Below, in pieces: positions 30,624 to 39,091 of a stretch of DNA of 64,000 nt. This DNA is from Candidatus Nanopelagicales bacterium (GTDB taxonomy: Bacteria > Actinomycetota > Actinomycetes > S36-B12 > UBA10799). A model generated the notes under the pieces. That model did not search any database, was not told where the DNA came from, and saw only the letters and a list, made by a program, of their open reading frames with translations. Position 1 is the stretch's first letter. The number at the start of each line of letters is the position of its first letter. A program made the translations under genes and the position numbers. The DNA is taken from the NCBI GenBank assembly GCA_041393775.1, contig JAWKJM010000007.1, forward strand, positions 3,279-67,278. Reading direction: 5' to 3'.

Positions 30624-30928
30624 ACGATTCCAGTGGCCGTTGTCTGGGGTTGGGGGTGTTGTGCGGAGAGTCGATATTCACCTCGGCATCCGATCGCGCC
30701 GGGGTGTCAGCGATCGCGGTGACGGTGCTAGGCGCCGGAGCCGAGAGGTCGCGGTCGCTGTGGCGCCGCCTGGGTCCACCGGCCGGGCCCCTGACCGGGA
30801 ACTGCGGTCTCATTCGCCAACCACATGGCGTCGATCGCGCGGTCAACCTGTCGCATGGGCAGGTTGACCCACTGGTGAGGATGAGGAACTCGGCCGGGGT
30901 CGCCTATGAGGGTGGGGCATCGGCGTGA
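30620..30928 (+). CDS. hypothetical protein (weak call)
   Basis: The ORF is bounded by GTGA overlaps at both ends (30620-30623 and 30925-28), consistent with translational coupling. Third-position GC is only moderate, rare codons are present, and there is no family signal. Confidence 0.3.
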   Translation: MNDSSGRCLGLGVLCGESIFTSASDRAGVSAIAVTVLGAGAERSRSLWRRLGPPAGPLTGNCGLIRQPHGVDRAVNLSHGQVDPLVRMRNSAGVAYEGGASA

Positions 30929-31434
30929 AGACCCTTCGGCAGTTGCTGCCTGCCGCCACCGGGGTGGCCATCGTTGCCGGTCTGACGCTCTTCCTGCTCG
31001 ATCGTGGCTCGGCCCTGGGGCCGTGGCTGCTCGCGGTGCTGCTGTTCGCGCACGGGTGGGTGCATTTGATGTTCTTCTTCCCGGCTCCCGACCCGTCGCG
31101 ACGGGAGCCCGGGTCCCCGCGCTACCCCTTCGTGATGGCCGACTCCTGGCTCATCGGCCGAGCCGGTCTCGAGGAAGCGCGTGTGCGTGTTGCGGGCTTC
31201 ATGTTCGTTGGCGTTACCTTCGCAGGGTTCGTGCTGGCGGCGCTCGCCACGGTGGGCTGGCTGGTGCCCGCCGGGTGGTGGGGCACCTTGGTCCTGGGAG
31301 CGTCGGTCCTGTCGACCTGCACGCTGCTGATGTTCGTCTCGCCACTGCTGCTGCTCGGGTTCGGGATCAACGCGGCTCTGGCATGGCTGGTCCTGTCCTC
31401 GGCGTGGGCGCCCGGGGGAGGTGGCGGCGCATGA
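30925..31434 (+). CDS. small integral membrane protein, unknown function
   Basis: 169 aa with about 4 TM helices. The GTG start overlaps the upstream stop. Its own stop overlaps the next ATG (ATGA). Confidence 0.6.
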   Translation: MKTLRQLLPAATGVAIVAGLTLFLLDRGSALGPWLLAVLLFAHGWVHLMFFFPAPDPSRREPGSPRYPFVMADSWLIGRAGLEEARVRVAGFMFVGVTFAGFVLAALATVGWLVPAGWWGTLVLGASVLSTCTLLMFVSPLLLLGFGINAALAWLVLSSAWAPGGGGGA

Positions 31435-31665
31435 CTCCGACTGGCAGCAGCATCGCCGTGCTGGCGACCAGGCGCGGACCCCCCGACGTTCTCGAGGTGC
31501 GGTCGCGGGGGGTGCCGCGACCGGCCCTTGGGACGTCGTAGTGCGGGTTCTGACGTGCACCGTCGTTCTCCCTGATGTGCAGGCCAGGTACGGCAAGACG
31601 CGATTCCCGCCCAAAGTGCCGTTCGTGCCCGGCTACTCCGTGGTCGGTGACGTGACGGACGTTAG
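31431..31665 (+). pseudogene. 5' remnant of an MDR (quinone oxidoreductase/ADH-like) gene, frameshifted and truncated
   Basis: It opens MTPTGSSIAVLATRRGPPDVLEVRSRG. After a run of six G (31509-31514) the homologous sequence continues in another frame (GPWDVVVRVLTCTVVLPDVQARYGKTRFPPKVPFVPGYSVVGDVTDV). It then stops being MDR-like exactly where repeat A4 begins (GTTAGTC at 31661). Confidence 0.6.
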
Positions 31666-32003
31666 TCATCCAAGGCCGCGGCCGTTCGGCGGGAAGATGC
31701 CGGCCCGGGATCGCTCGCGTTGGTCATCCATGGCCGTGGCCGGCCCCCTTTCAGGCGGGGAAATGCCGGGCGAAATCGCTCGGGTTAGAGAACGTGCACG
31801 AGGTTAGAGAAGCCACACGTGCGTTCACTAACCTGGTGCACATTCTCTAACCTCGCGGCCAACTCCTGCCGCTACCGAGTACACCAGCCATTTTCGGACC
31901 AGAGAGGGTGCACGAGGTTGGAGAAGTCACACGTGCGTTATCTAACCTCGCGGCCCACTTCTGCGGCGACCGAGCGCACGAGTCGATTTCGGACTGGCTC
32001 GGC
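31661..32003 (+). repeat. Family A repeat, copy A4: 2 S-units + core + T-unit + second partial core + T-unit
   Basis: It starts with GTTAGTCATCC directly at the truncation point of the MDR remnant. Six 13-mer copies are present. Confidence 0.9.
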
Positions 32004-32362
32004 GGCGTAGGGACCCGGGCTAGGCCTTGACCATGGTCGGAGGATACGCGGAACATGTGCGGGTGCCGGCACGCCGACTGGTCCCAGTACCGTCCAAGGT
32101 TGATCCTGCCTAGGCGGTCCTCACGACGATCGTCCCGACCGTTCGGACGACTCACGTGTGACAAGCCGTGGGCCCCCGGCTGGAGCGGCCGCCTTGTTCG
32201 GTGTGAACTGGCCGACGAAGGCGCTGGCCTTCCGAACTCACGCTTTGCTCGGGTGGTCCCGGCGGTACTAGGGTGAAGGGAGCCGTTGACTGGAGACACC
32301 GTGTCACCGAACGAGCAGAACACGCCGGAGGCGCCGGCGAGGCGTCGCGCTCGAGTGGTCCG

Positions 32363-33331
32363 ATGAAGGCGATCGTTCACCACCGCTACGGGCCCCCGCG
32401 AGAGGTGCTCGGGCTCGAAGACGTGGCGGTCCCCGCGGTCGGGGAGCACGACGTGCTCGTGCGTGTGCGGGCCGCAGCGGTCAACTGGGCGGACTGGGCA
32501 CTCACGCTGGGTCTGCCGTACATGTTGCGCCTGCCATACGGCCTGCGCGCGCCACGCGAGGGCATCCGGGGCACCGATGTGGCTGGCACGGTGGAGCAGG
32601 TCGGTGCGGCCGTGTCCGACCTTCGCCCCGGCGACGATGTCTTCGGCTGGTGCACCGGCGCCTTCGCGCAGTACGCCGTGACCGCTGCCGACCACCTCGT
32701 GACCAAGCCCTCGACGCTGGCCTTCGGGGCCGCCGCAGGCGTGCCTATGGCAGGGATGGTGGCGCTTCAAGCGATGCGCGACATCGCGGACGTGCAGCCC
32801 GGCACGCGGGTGCTTGTCAACGGCGCATCGGGCGGCATCGGCACGTTCACGGTTCAGATCGCCAAGGCCATGGGCGCCGACGTGACCGGAGTGTCCCGCA
32901 CCGACCACCTGGGTTTGGTCAGGTCTATAGGCGCCGACCACGTGATCGACTACAAGCGGGCAGACTTCACCGAGTCCGGCGAACGCTACGACGTCATCCT
33001 CGACATAGCGGACAACAAGACCCTGTCCGCCCGCCGTCGGGCACTCACGGAGCACGGCACCCTGATCCCGAACAACGGCACCGGAAACCGTTGGACCGCC
33101 AGTCTCGGCCGCATCCTCAAGGCGCGGGCTGTCTCCCCGTTCGTGAGCCAGACCCTGCGGCCGTTCCTGTCCTTGCCCAAGCGCACCGACCTGATGGTTC
33201 TCAGAGAACTGATCGAGGCAGGCGACGTCACACCGGTCTTGGACCGGACCTATCCGTTGGCTGAGACCGCGGACGCCGTGGACTACGTCGGAGGGGGTCA
33301 CACGTGCGGCAAGGTCACCATCGCGGTCTAG
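32363..33331 (+). CDS. NADPH:quinone oxidoreductase-like MDR family protein
   Basis: It begins MKAIVHHRYGPPREVLGLEDVAVPAVGEHDVLVRVRAAAVN and contains VLVNGASGGIGTFTVQIAK. Start moved to ATG 32363. Confidence 0.85.
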   Translation: MKAIVHHRYGPPREVLGLEDVAVPAVGEHDVLVRVRAAAVNWADWALTLGLPYMLRLPYGLRAPREGIRGTDVAGTVEQVGAAVSDLRPGDDVFGWCTGAFAQYAVTAADHLVTKPSTLAFGAAAGVPMAGMVALQAMRDIADVQPGTRVLVNGASGGIGTFTVQIAKAMGADVTGVSRTDHLGLVRSIGADHVIDYKRADFTESGERYDVILDIADNKTLSARRRALTEHGTLIPNNGTGNRWTASLGRILKARAVSPFVSQTLRPFLSLPKRTDLMVLRELIEAGDVTPVLDRTYPLAETADAVDYVGGGHTCGKVTIAV

Positions 33332-33371
33332 GAGGTCGGCGATGCACTGACTGCCGAGCCAAGGAGCGAAC

Positions 33372-33737
33372 GTGGAGCCAGTGAGGATCATCCTGTCTGG
33401 GCTGTGGGTCGCGCTGATGCTCACATACTTGCTCGGCGACGTTCTGCGTGTCTTCGCCGGCGATTTCACCGCAGGGAAGATGGACGGCCGGGAAGGGGCC
33501 TGGTGGGTGTGGGTCCTAGCGGCCGTGGTCATGCTGGTGCCCATCGCCATGGTGGTGCTCTCCCTGACGCTGCCGTACCCGTCGGTCCGATGGGTGGGCA
33601 TAGTCGCGGCAGTCTTCCTCGTGATCTTTAACCTGGTCGGTCTGCCGTACCCGTCGGTGTACGACAACTTCCTCATCGTCGTCGGATTCGTGTTCAACGC
33701 GTTGATCGTCTGGTACTCGTGGACCTGGACGCCATGA
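33372..33737 (+). CDS. small 4-TM membrane protein
   Basis: 121 aa, hydrophobic, with an internal LPYPSV repeat. GTG start. Confidence 0.6.
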   Translation: MEPVRIILSGLWVALMLTYLLGDVLRVFAGDFTAGKMDGREGAWWVWVLAAVVMLVPIAMVVLSLTLPYPSVRWVGIVAAVFLVIFNLVGLPYPSVYDNFLIVVGFVFNALIVWYSWTWTP

Positions 33738-33903
33738 GTTCCGCAGACAAGCCTTTGCGCCCTGTTCGAGTCTTTCGAACGTCTCCAGCCCATCCCTTGG
33801 GACACTGGGCGATCTTGTCGGGCCGGCTTGAGCGGCGGATTGTCCGGTCTCGTCGCCGGATATGGTGTCGGGGAGCCTAGCCCTTGCGCCCCGGAGGTCG
33901 ACG

Positions 33904-34689
33904 ATGAGTGAAGAGTCCGTGCCGAGCATGCGCCGGCTTCCGGTCTGGGGCTATGTCCTGCTGGTCGTCGGCTACCTCGCGGTCATCCAGACGATTCCGA
34001 GGTTCTTCAAGCCCGCGGACGCCGACTACGCGAAGTTCGACACCATCGAGGCCATCACTCATGGACTGTGGGTCACCGTCGGGCTCGGTGCACTAGTGGT
34101 CCTGGTCGCCCTCGCTGTGCTTCGCTGGTGGCGGCCGGTGTTCGTGGAGCCCGTCCAGTCGAGGCTGCCGCGGTGGACGTGGGTGTTCCCCGGCGTCATG
34201 TTGTTCGCCGTCTTCGCGGGCACGGCGTACTCGCGTCTAGCTGACAAAGGTGCGGCGTTCACGATCGCGCTGCTGGTAGGGGCGCTTTTCGTCGGAGTGA
34301 GTGAGGAGGGCATCTTCCGTGGCATCGGCGTGGTCACCTTCCGCCAAGCCGGTTATAGCGAGGGCATGGTCGCGCTGTGGACTTGCGTGTTGTTCGGGCT
34401 GGCGCACGCCACCAACATCTTCTCCGAGGGCGTGGGCGCTCTCCCGCAGGTACTGGTCACGTCGCTCGCGGGGTACTTCTTCTACGTGACCCGTCGGGTT
34501 TCTGGCGGGCTGTGGGTGCCGATCGTCCTTCACGGACTGTGGGACTTCGGCATCTTCACGGGCCTGATCGGTGACGAGATCTATGTCGGCGCCGCCGTTT
34601 TCATGCTCGCGGACATCGTGCTGGCCATCGTGGCGATAGTGACCATCCGCAAGGTTTTTCCGCGTCGTAGCGCGCCCGTGCCTTCGTGA
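33904..34689 (+). CDS. CPBP family intramembrane glutamic endopeptidase (CAAX-protease-like)
   Basis: Motifs EEGIFRG, FGLAHATN and HGLWDF are present within a polytopic protein. Confidence 0.8.
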   Translation: MSEESVPSMRRLPVWGYVLLVVGYLAVIQTIPRFFKPADADYAKFDTIEAITHGLWVTVGLGALVVLVALAVLRWWRPVFVEPVQSRLPRWTWVFPGVMLFAVFAGTAYSRLADKGAAFTIALLVGALFVGVSEEGIFRGIGVVTFRQAGYSEGMVALWTCVLFGLAHATNIFSEGVGALPQVLVTSLAGYFFYVTRRVSGGLWVPIVLHGLWDFGIFTGLIGDEIYVGAAVFMLADIVLAIVAIVTIRKVFPRRSAPVPS

Positions 34690-34703
34690 CCCGGGGTTCA
34701 CAG

Positions 34704-34757
34704 CGACTTTGGTCAGATCTGGTCACCCACTGACCATATGTGACCAAAGTCCCCGTC
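34704..34757. promoter_or_regulatory. Four-half-site GGTCA/TGACC palindrome, copy 2
   Basis: CGACTTTGGTCAGATCTGGTCACCCACTGACCATATGTGACCAAAGTCCCCGTC. It is about 88% identical to copy 1 and lies 54 bp upstream of the metallopeptidase start. Confidence 0.55.
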
Positions 34758-34810
34758 GGGCCACCAGCGGAGACCGCACATCAGACGATCTCGAAGACTA
34801 GGGTGTGGGG

Positions 34811-35653
34811 ATGACTCGCGGCCTCCACCTCAAGCGCACCGGCACAGCGGTTGCCCTGCTGGCGGCGAGCCTGCTTCTTGCCTCGTGCGCAGGCGCATCA
34901 ACCACCACGCAGTCAGCGGGCGCAAGTCCCTCGGAGTCATTCTCGGCACCCCCGGGTGGGGAGCGCACCGGGGCGGTCGCGACGAGCGCCCCGAGCGGCC
35001 AGTCGTTCTCGTTCAAGGCGCAGGCCGGCGATGACGGCGGGGTCGACTTCGCGGCATATGACGAGTCCATGGACTTCGCGCTCGGTGCGATCAGTGAGTA
35101 CTGGATCGAGACGCTCCCCGATGAGTTCGGGGCCGATTGGGTGCAACCGGACGAATTCATCGCCTACTACCCTCCGGAGGAACAGGGGCCGGACTGCGGC
35201 GGTGAACCGGTCGGCGCCGAGAACGCTGTGTACTGCTACCAGGGTGACAGCGACTACATCGCCTGGGACGAGCCCGGCCTGATGCTCCCCTTCTACGAAC
35301 AGTTCGGCGACATGGCCGACGCGGTCATCCTCGCCCACGAGTTCGGTCACGGCGCGCAGGCCCGGCTCGGACTCAGCGACCAGTTCCCCCTGACCATCGA
35401 GTCCGAACTGCAAGCCGACTGCTTCGCAGGCGCCTGGGCTGCCTGGGCCGACGAACAGGGCCTGCTCGGTCAGGACGCCGCGAACCAGGCAGCGGATGCG
35501 GTGGTCTCCGTGGCCGACCCGGAGGGCGTGCCGTGGAACGATCCGCAAGCGCACGGCACTGCCGACGAACGTCTCACAGCGTTCGCCGATGGCGTCGACG
35601 GTGGGGCCACTGGGTGCTATGACTACTACGCTCCGGGGTTCTCGGACAGCTGA
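34811..35653 (+). CDS. putative neutral zinc metallopeptidase lipoprotein
   Basis: Lipobox LLLASC follows the signal sequence. Zincin motif ILAHEFGHGAQ is present. Confidence 0.75.
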   Translation: MTRGLHLKRTGTAVALLAASLLLASCAGASTTTQSAGASPSESFSAPPGGERTGAVATSAPSGQSFSFKAQAGDDGGVDFAAYDESMDFALGAISEYWIETLPDEFGADWVQPDEFIAYYPPEEQGPDCGGEPVGAENAVYCYQGDSDYIAWDEPGLMLPFYEQFGDMADAVILAHEFGHGAQARLGLSDQFPLTIESELQADCFAGAWAAWADEQGLLGQDAANQAADAVVSVADPEGVPWNDPQAHGTADERLTAFADGVDGGATGCYDYYAPGFSDS

Positions 35654-35766
35654 GCGCCGGGCTGCGGGCCTGAACACAGTCACGGGGTCTTCGGGAAGCC
35701 TGCGGCGTTACATGCGTCGTTCGGGTCTGCCAGTGTGGTGTTCATACCTCAAAGTTGGGGGTCGCC

Positions 35767-38757
35767 ATGCCTGAGCCATTGGTCCCAGGGGTGCTGGAGT
35801 TGCGGGTCCACGGCGTGTCCGGAACCCCGCCGCACGAGATGCTGGGCGTCCCTGCCTCGGACGTGGGTCAAGTGGCCGGTGACCGGCTCACCGGCTTGTA
35901 CCGATGCCGAAAAGGCACTCCGTACGGCGTGACCTTGCCATCCTTCGCAGCCGTCGAAGCGTACTCGTGGGGAGCGCTGACGTCAGGGGCCGCAGGATTC
36001 CTCGGGTGGGTGCGACGAGCAGCCTGGCTGACGCTGTTGCCTTTCGCCCTCGGAAATCTCTCGTACTGGGCCCGGCCGGAGCTCGATGTCGATACCGGGA
36101 CCCGCAAGGCCACCGCCATGGTCGTGCGAGTCGCGTGTCTGCTGCTGACCCTGCTGCTGATCGCCGGCTTGTGCCTGGTCGGCATCGACTTGGTGGCGTG
36201 GCAGTGCTTCCGGGGCGGGGCGATGGTGTGCCCTTCGCTGCCGTCAGTCCTGCAGTTCCTGGACCGACCCCCCTGGGACAGCACGACCCGGCGTGTGCTG
36301 GCCGGATCCTTGTTGCCGCTGTCGGCGCTGGGCGGGCTGTGGTTCCTGTCCCGGCAATCGATGGCCCGGTACGAGGAGGTGGTTCCGCAGCCGGTGGCGC
36401 AGCCCCAGAAGTCGCAGATTCTGAGCCGGCGCAGGATGTGGAACGGCAACGACCGGACCCATCGTCTGCAACGGCTACATCTTGCGGCCGGCGCAGCAGT
36501 CGTCGTGGTGTCGGGCTCTTTCCCGCTGGCCGATCTTGGCGGGACCTCCCACGAGCGGGGCTTGGCGCTGATCGGCCTGCTCGCGGCGCTGGTGGTGCTC
36601 CTGGCGACCGTCGCCGTCGCGATGAGCTATCAGGACGGGATCGACTTCCCAGGCAGGCTCGAGGAGGCAGGACGGGGAAGGAAGGCGGCCAGCCACGCGG
36701 CCCGGTTCGTGGGCTGGGGCGTTGTGGTGCTGCTTGCGGCATACGGCTATCTGCTCTTCACAGCCACCACGGACGAGAGTTCAGATCAAGCCGGCCCGCT
36801 ACGTGGCCACAACCTGATCGTCGGCGTGCTCCTGTTCGTGCTGCTGGCGTGCGTGGCTTGGCTGGTCTTCGCCTCAGACCGGCCGTGGGTCGCCCTGCTC
36901 ATCCCGCTCGCGCTACTCGGGATCTCGCTCGGGGTCTTCCGACGGTGGTGGTGGCCCGTGGCAGGGTTGACGCTCGCGGTGGTGGTGCTCGGCCTGTGGA
37001 TTCAGCATCGCCGTTCGGATCCCGAGGCGGACAAGCCACGGGCCTGGCATGGCGCGGGGGCGGCCGTGATCCTGGGGGCGGCGGTGTGGATCGCGGCGAT
37101 CTTCACCACCTCGACCACGGTGCTGGCCGCCGACTGGTTCAACGGCGGCGGGCAATCGGTGGCTGATCTGCAGGCAGGCTTCCGTGAGGATGCTTCGCCA
37201 GGTGCTCGTGCCGCGCAGTTGCAGACGGACCAGCCGCTGCTCGCCGCCAGCGGCCCGGTCGCGATCGAGCGCGCCGCGGTCAGTATCGACGCAAAGGGCG
37301 TGGTCACCGTGTGGTCGGGAACGCTGTCGGTGGACGCCCTGGCGGCGGCCCGTGCGGTCGAGGGAGTCAGTCATCAGGTGCCCGGTCTGGACCTGGCCGC
37401 GGGCAGGGTCCTCGTGATGGATCCGCCGGTGAGACTGCTCGACAGTTGCGTCAGCGCCGGCAGCGTCTCCGGGGAGACTCCGATTTGTTCCGACCGGGCC
37501 TTCGGGGGATCGGACACTGTTGGCACGTCCGGTGAGTATGTGGCTTCCGGGACGCTGACGCCGCAGGGACCCGTCCAAATCCGGGCGACCGAGCCGGGCG
37601 GTGTGCATGTCGGGGTGGTGAAGGTGCCACAGGAACCATTGATCGTGCCGCAAGTCCTCGTCTGGTTGGCACTGGCGATGCCAGCGTGGCTGCTGGCCAC
37701 CATCGTCACGTCGTTGTTGTGCTTCCTGTACTTCCGGCGCCGGGCCCGGGCTGCTGTTGTCGAGCAGACCATGTTCGATGCCGTCGTCGGAGTGTTTCGG
37801 CGGGGGAGCACGAAGGCGAGGCTCACAGCCGGATTCACCCATCGCGCGGAGCGTCTCCTCGGCCTCTTCGGTGCGATCACGTCGGTCACGGCGGTGGCGG
37901 TGATGATCGGCGCTTCGACCGGATCGCCGCCGTGGCAGGGGTACGAGCCACTGCGGAGTGTGGCGGTCATCGGTCTCTGGACGGCCCTCGGTGTGTCAGC
38001 CGGACTGATCGCGGTGGCGGCCCGGCTGCAGAAGTCGGAAGGTGCTCGACGGGCAGTCGGGGTGCTCTGGGACCTCAGCACGTTCTGGCCCCGGGTCGCC
38101 CACCCACTCGGTCCGCCCTGCTATGCGGAGAGGGTCGTGCCGGAGATCACCTCCAGGATCGGTTGGGCGTCCGGCCTGGGAGCGAACGTCGTCCTCTCAG
38201 GACACAGCCAGGGCTCACTGATCGCAGTGGCGGCGGTAGCGCAGTTGGGTGACGACGAGGTTGAGAAACTGCGTGTGGTGACCTACGGCTCGCAGTTGCG
38301 AACCTGGTATGGGCGCATCTTCCCGGGAGTCCTTGGACCCGCAGTCATCGGGAACCACCCATTGACCCACCGGGCAGGTTTCGGCAGTGCCGCCCCGGAC
38401 GCGCCGGATACCGGTGGGCCGGATGACCCCGCACCCCCAGGGTTCCCCGTCGCTCCAGGGAGTCTGGCCGCCCGGCTGGCCATCGGGTCGGTCGCACCGC
38501 ATTGGGTCAATCTCTTCCGGCGCACAGATCCGATCGGATTCCGCGTGTTCTCGGACCAGCAGTGTCGTGTCGACCGGTACGTCAGCGAGTACTCGCCCGG
38601 GTCCGCCGGTGACCCGGCTCCAAGCCTTCAGACCCACAGCCGCTACCAGTTCGCGGACGAATATCAGGGGGTCGTGGAGAACTGGTACCGGGAGCCCGGT
38701 TACTCGCACGGCGACGTGGGCAAGGTCTGCCGGATCGACTTCCTCGTTCCGGACTGA
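35767..38757 (+). CDS. 996-aa polytopic membrane protein with putative split alpha/beta-hydrolase (lipase-like) fold
   Basis: The N-terminus has LRVHGVSGTPP (35809-). At least 10 predicted TM helices follow, with a ~150-aa soluble insert. The C-terminus has VVLSGHSQGSLIAV (Ser codon 38206-38208), RRTDPIG and QTHSRY. Confidence 0.7.
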   Translation: MPEPLVPGVLELRVHGVSGTPPHEMLGVPASDVGQVAGDRLTGLYRCRKGTPYGVTLPSFAAVEAYSWGALTSGAAGFLGWVRRAAWLTLLPFALGNLSYWARPELDVDTGTRKATAMVVRVACLLLTLLLIAGLCLVGIDLVAWQCFRGGAMVCPSLPSVLQFLDRPPWDSTTRRVLAGSLLPLSALGGLWFLSRQSMARYEEVVPQPVAQPQKSQILSRRRMWNGNDRTHRLQRLHLAAGAAVVVVSGSFPLADLGGTSHERGLALIGLLAALVVLLATVAVAMSYQDGIDFPGRLEEAGRGRKAASHAARFVGWGVVVLLAAYGYLLFTATTDESSDQAGPLRGHNLIVGVLLFVLLACVAWLVFASDRPWVALLIPLALLGISLGVFRRWWWPVAGLTLAVVVLGLWIQHRRSDPEADKPRAWHGAGAAVILGAAVWIAAIFTTSTTVLAADWFNGGGQSVADLQAGFREDASPGARAAQLQTDQPLLAASGPVAIERAAVSIDAKGVVTVWSGTLSVDALAAARAVEGVSHQVPGLDLAAGRVLVMDPPVRLLDSCVSAGSVSGETPICSDRAFGGSDTVGTSGEYVASGTLTPQGPVQIRATEPGGVHVGVVKVPQEPLIVPQVLVWLALAMPAWLLATIVTSLLCFLYFRRRARAAVVEQTMFDAVVGVFRRGSTKARLTAGFTHRAERLLGLFGAITSVTAVAVMIGASTGSPPWQGYEPLRSVAVIGLWTALGVSAGLIAVAARLQKSEGARRAVGVLWDLSTFWPRVAHPLGPPCYAERVVPEITSRIGWASGLGANVVLSGHSQGSLIAVAAVAQLGDDEVEKLRVVTYGSQLRTWYGRIFPGVLGPAVIGNHPLTHRAGFGSAAPDAPDTGGPDDPAPPGFPVAPGSLAARLAIGSVAPHWVNLFRRTDPIGFRVFSDQQCRVDRYVSEYSPGSAGDPAPSLQTHSRYQFADEYQGVVENWYREPGYSHGDVGKVCRIDFLVPD

Positions 38758-39091
38758 GGCTGGCTGCCGATCTACCGGCGTGCCGCCCGATCCAGTCGCA
38801 GGAGTTGCCAAGAAGCAACCGCCGCTGGCGTCCAGCACGGGCAGGACGAGAACTTGGAACAGTTCCCGGTGCGGGTGCTTGGACAACTGGGGCCGACCGG
38901 CCGGTGGCGGAGGAATGAGGGCATGGGAAGTCCTTCACTGTGGTTGCGCCGCCCTCCGTCCACACGCCAAGGGCATGGAGACGGGCTACTGCTTGTCCGG
39001 AGGGTCGATGCGCAACGAATCCGCAATCCGCCGGTGACCGCCTGGAGTTCTATACGATCGAACTGTCAGTTACGGCCCACAGGAGGCGAGG

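Noticed and set aside
32300-32365. A 21-codon upstream ORF, VSPNEQNTPEAPARRRARVVR, has its TGA overlapping the ATG of the MDR gene at 32363.
   Set aside because: It has no SD, it is very short, and it lies in sequence adjacent to repeat A4. It cannot be distinguished from chance in high-GC DNA.
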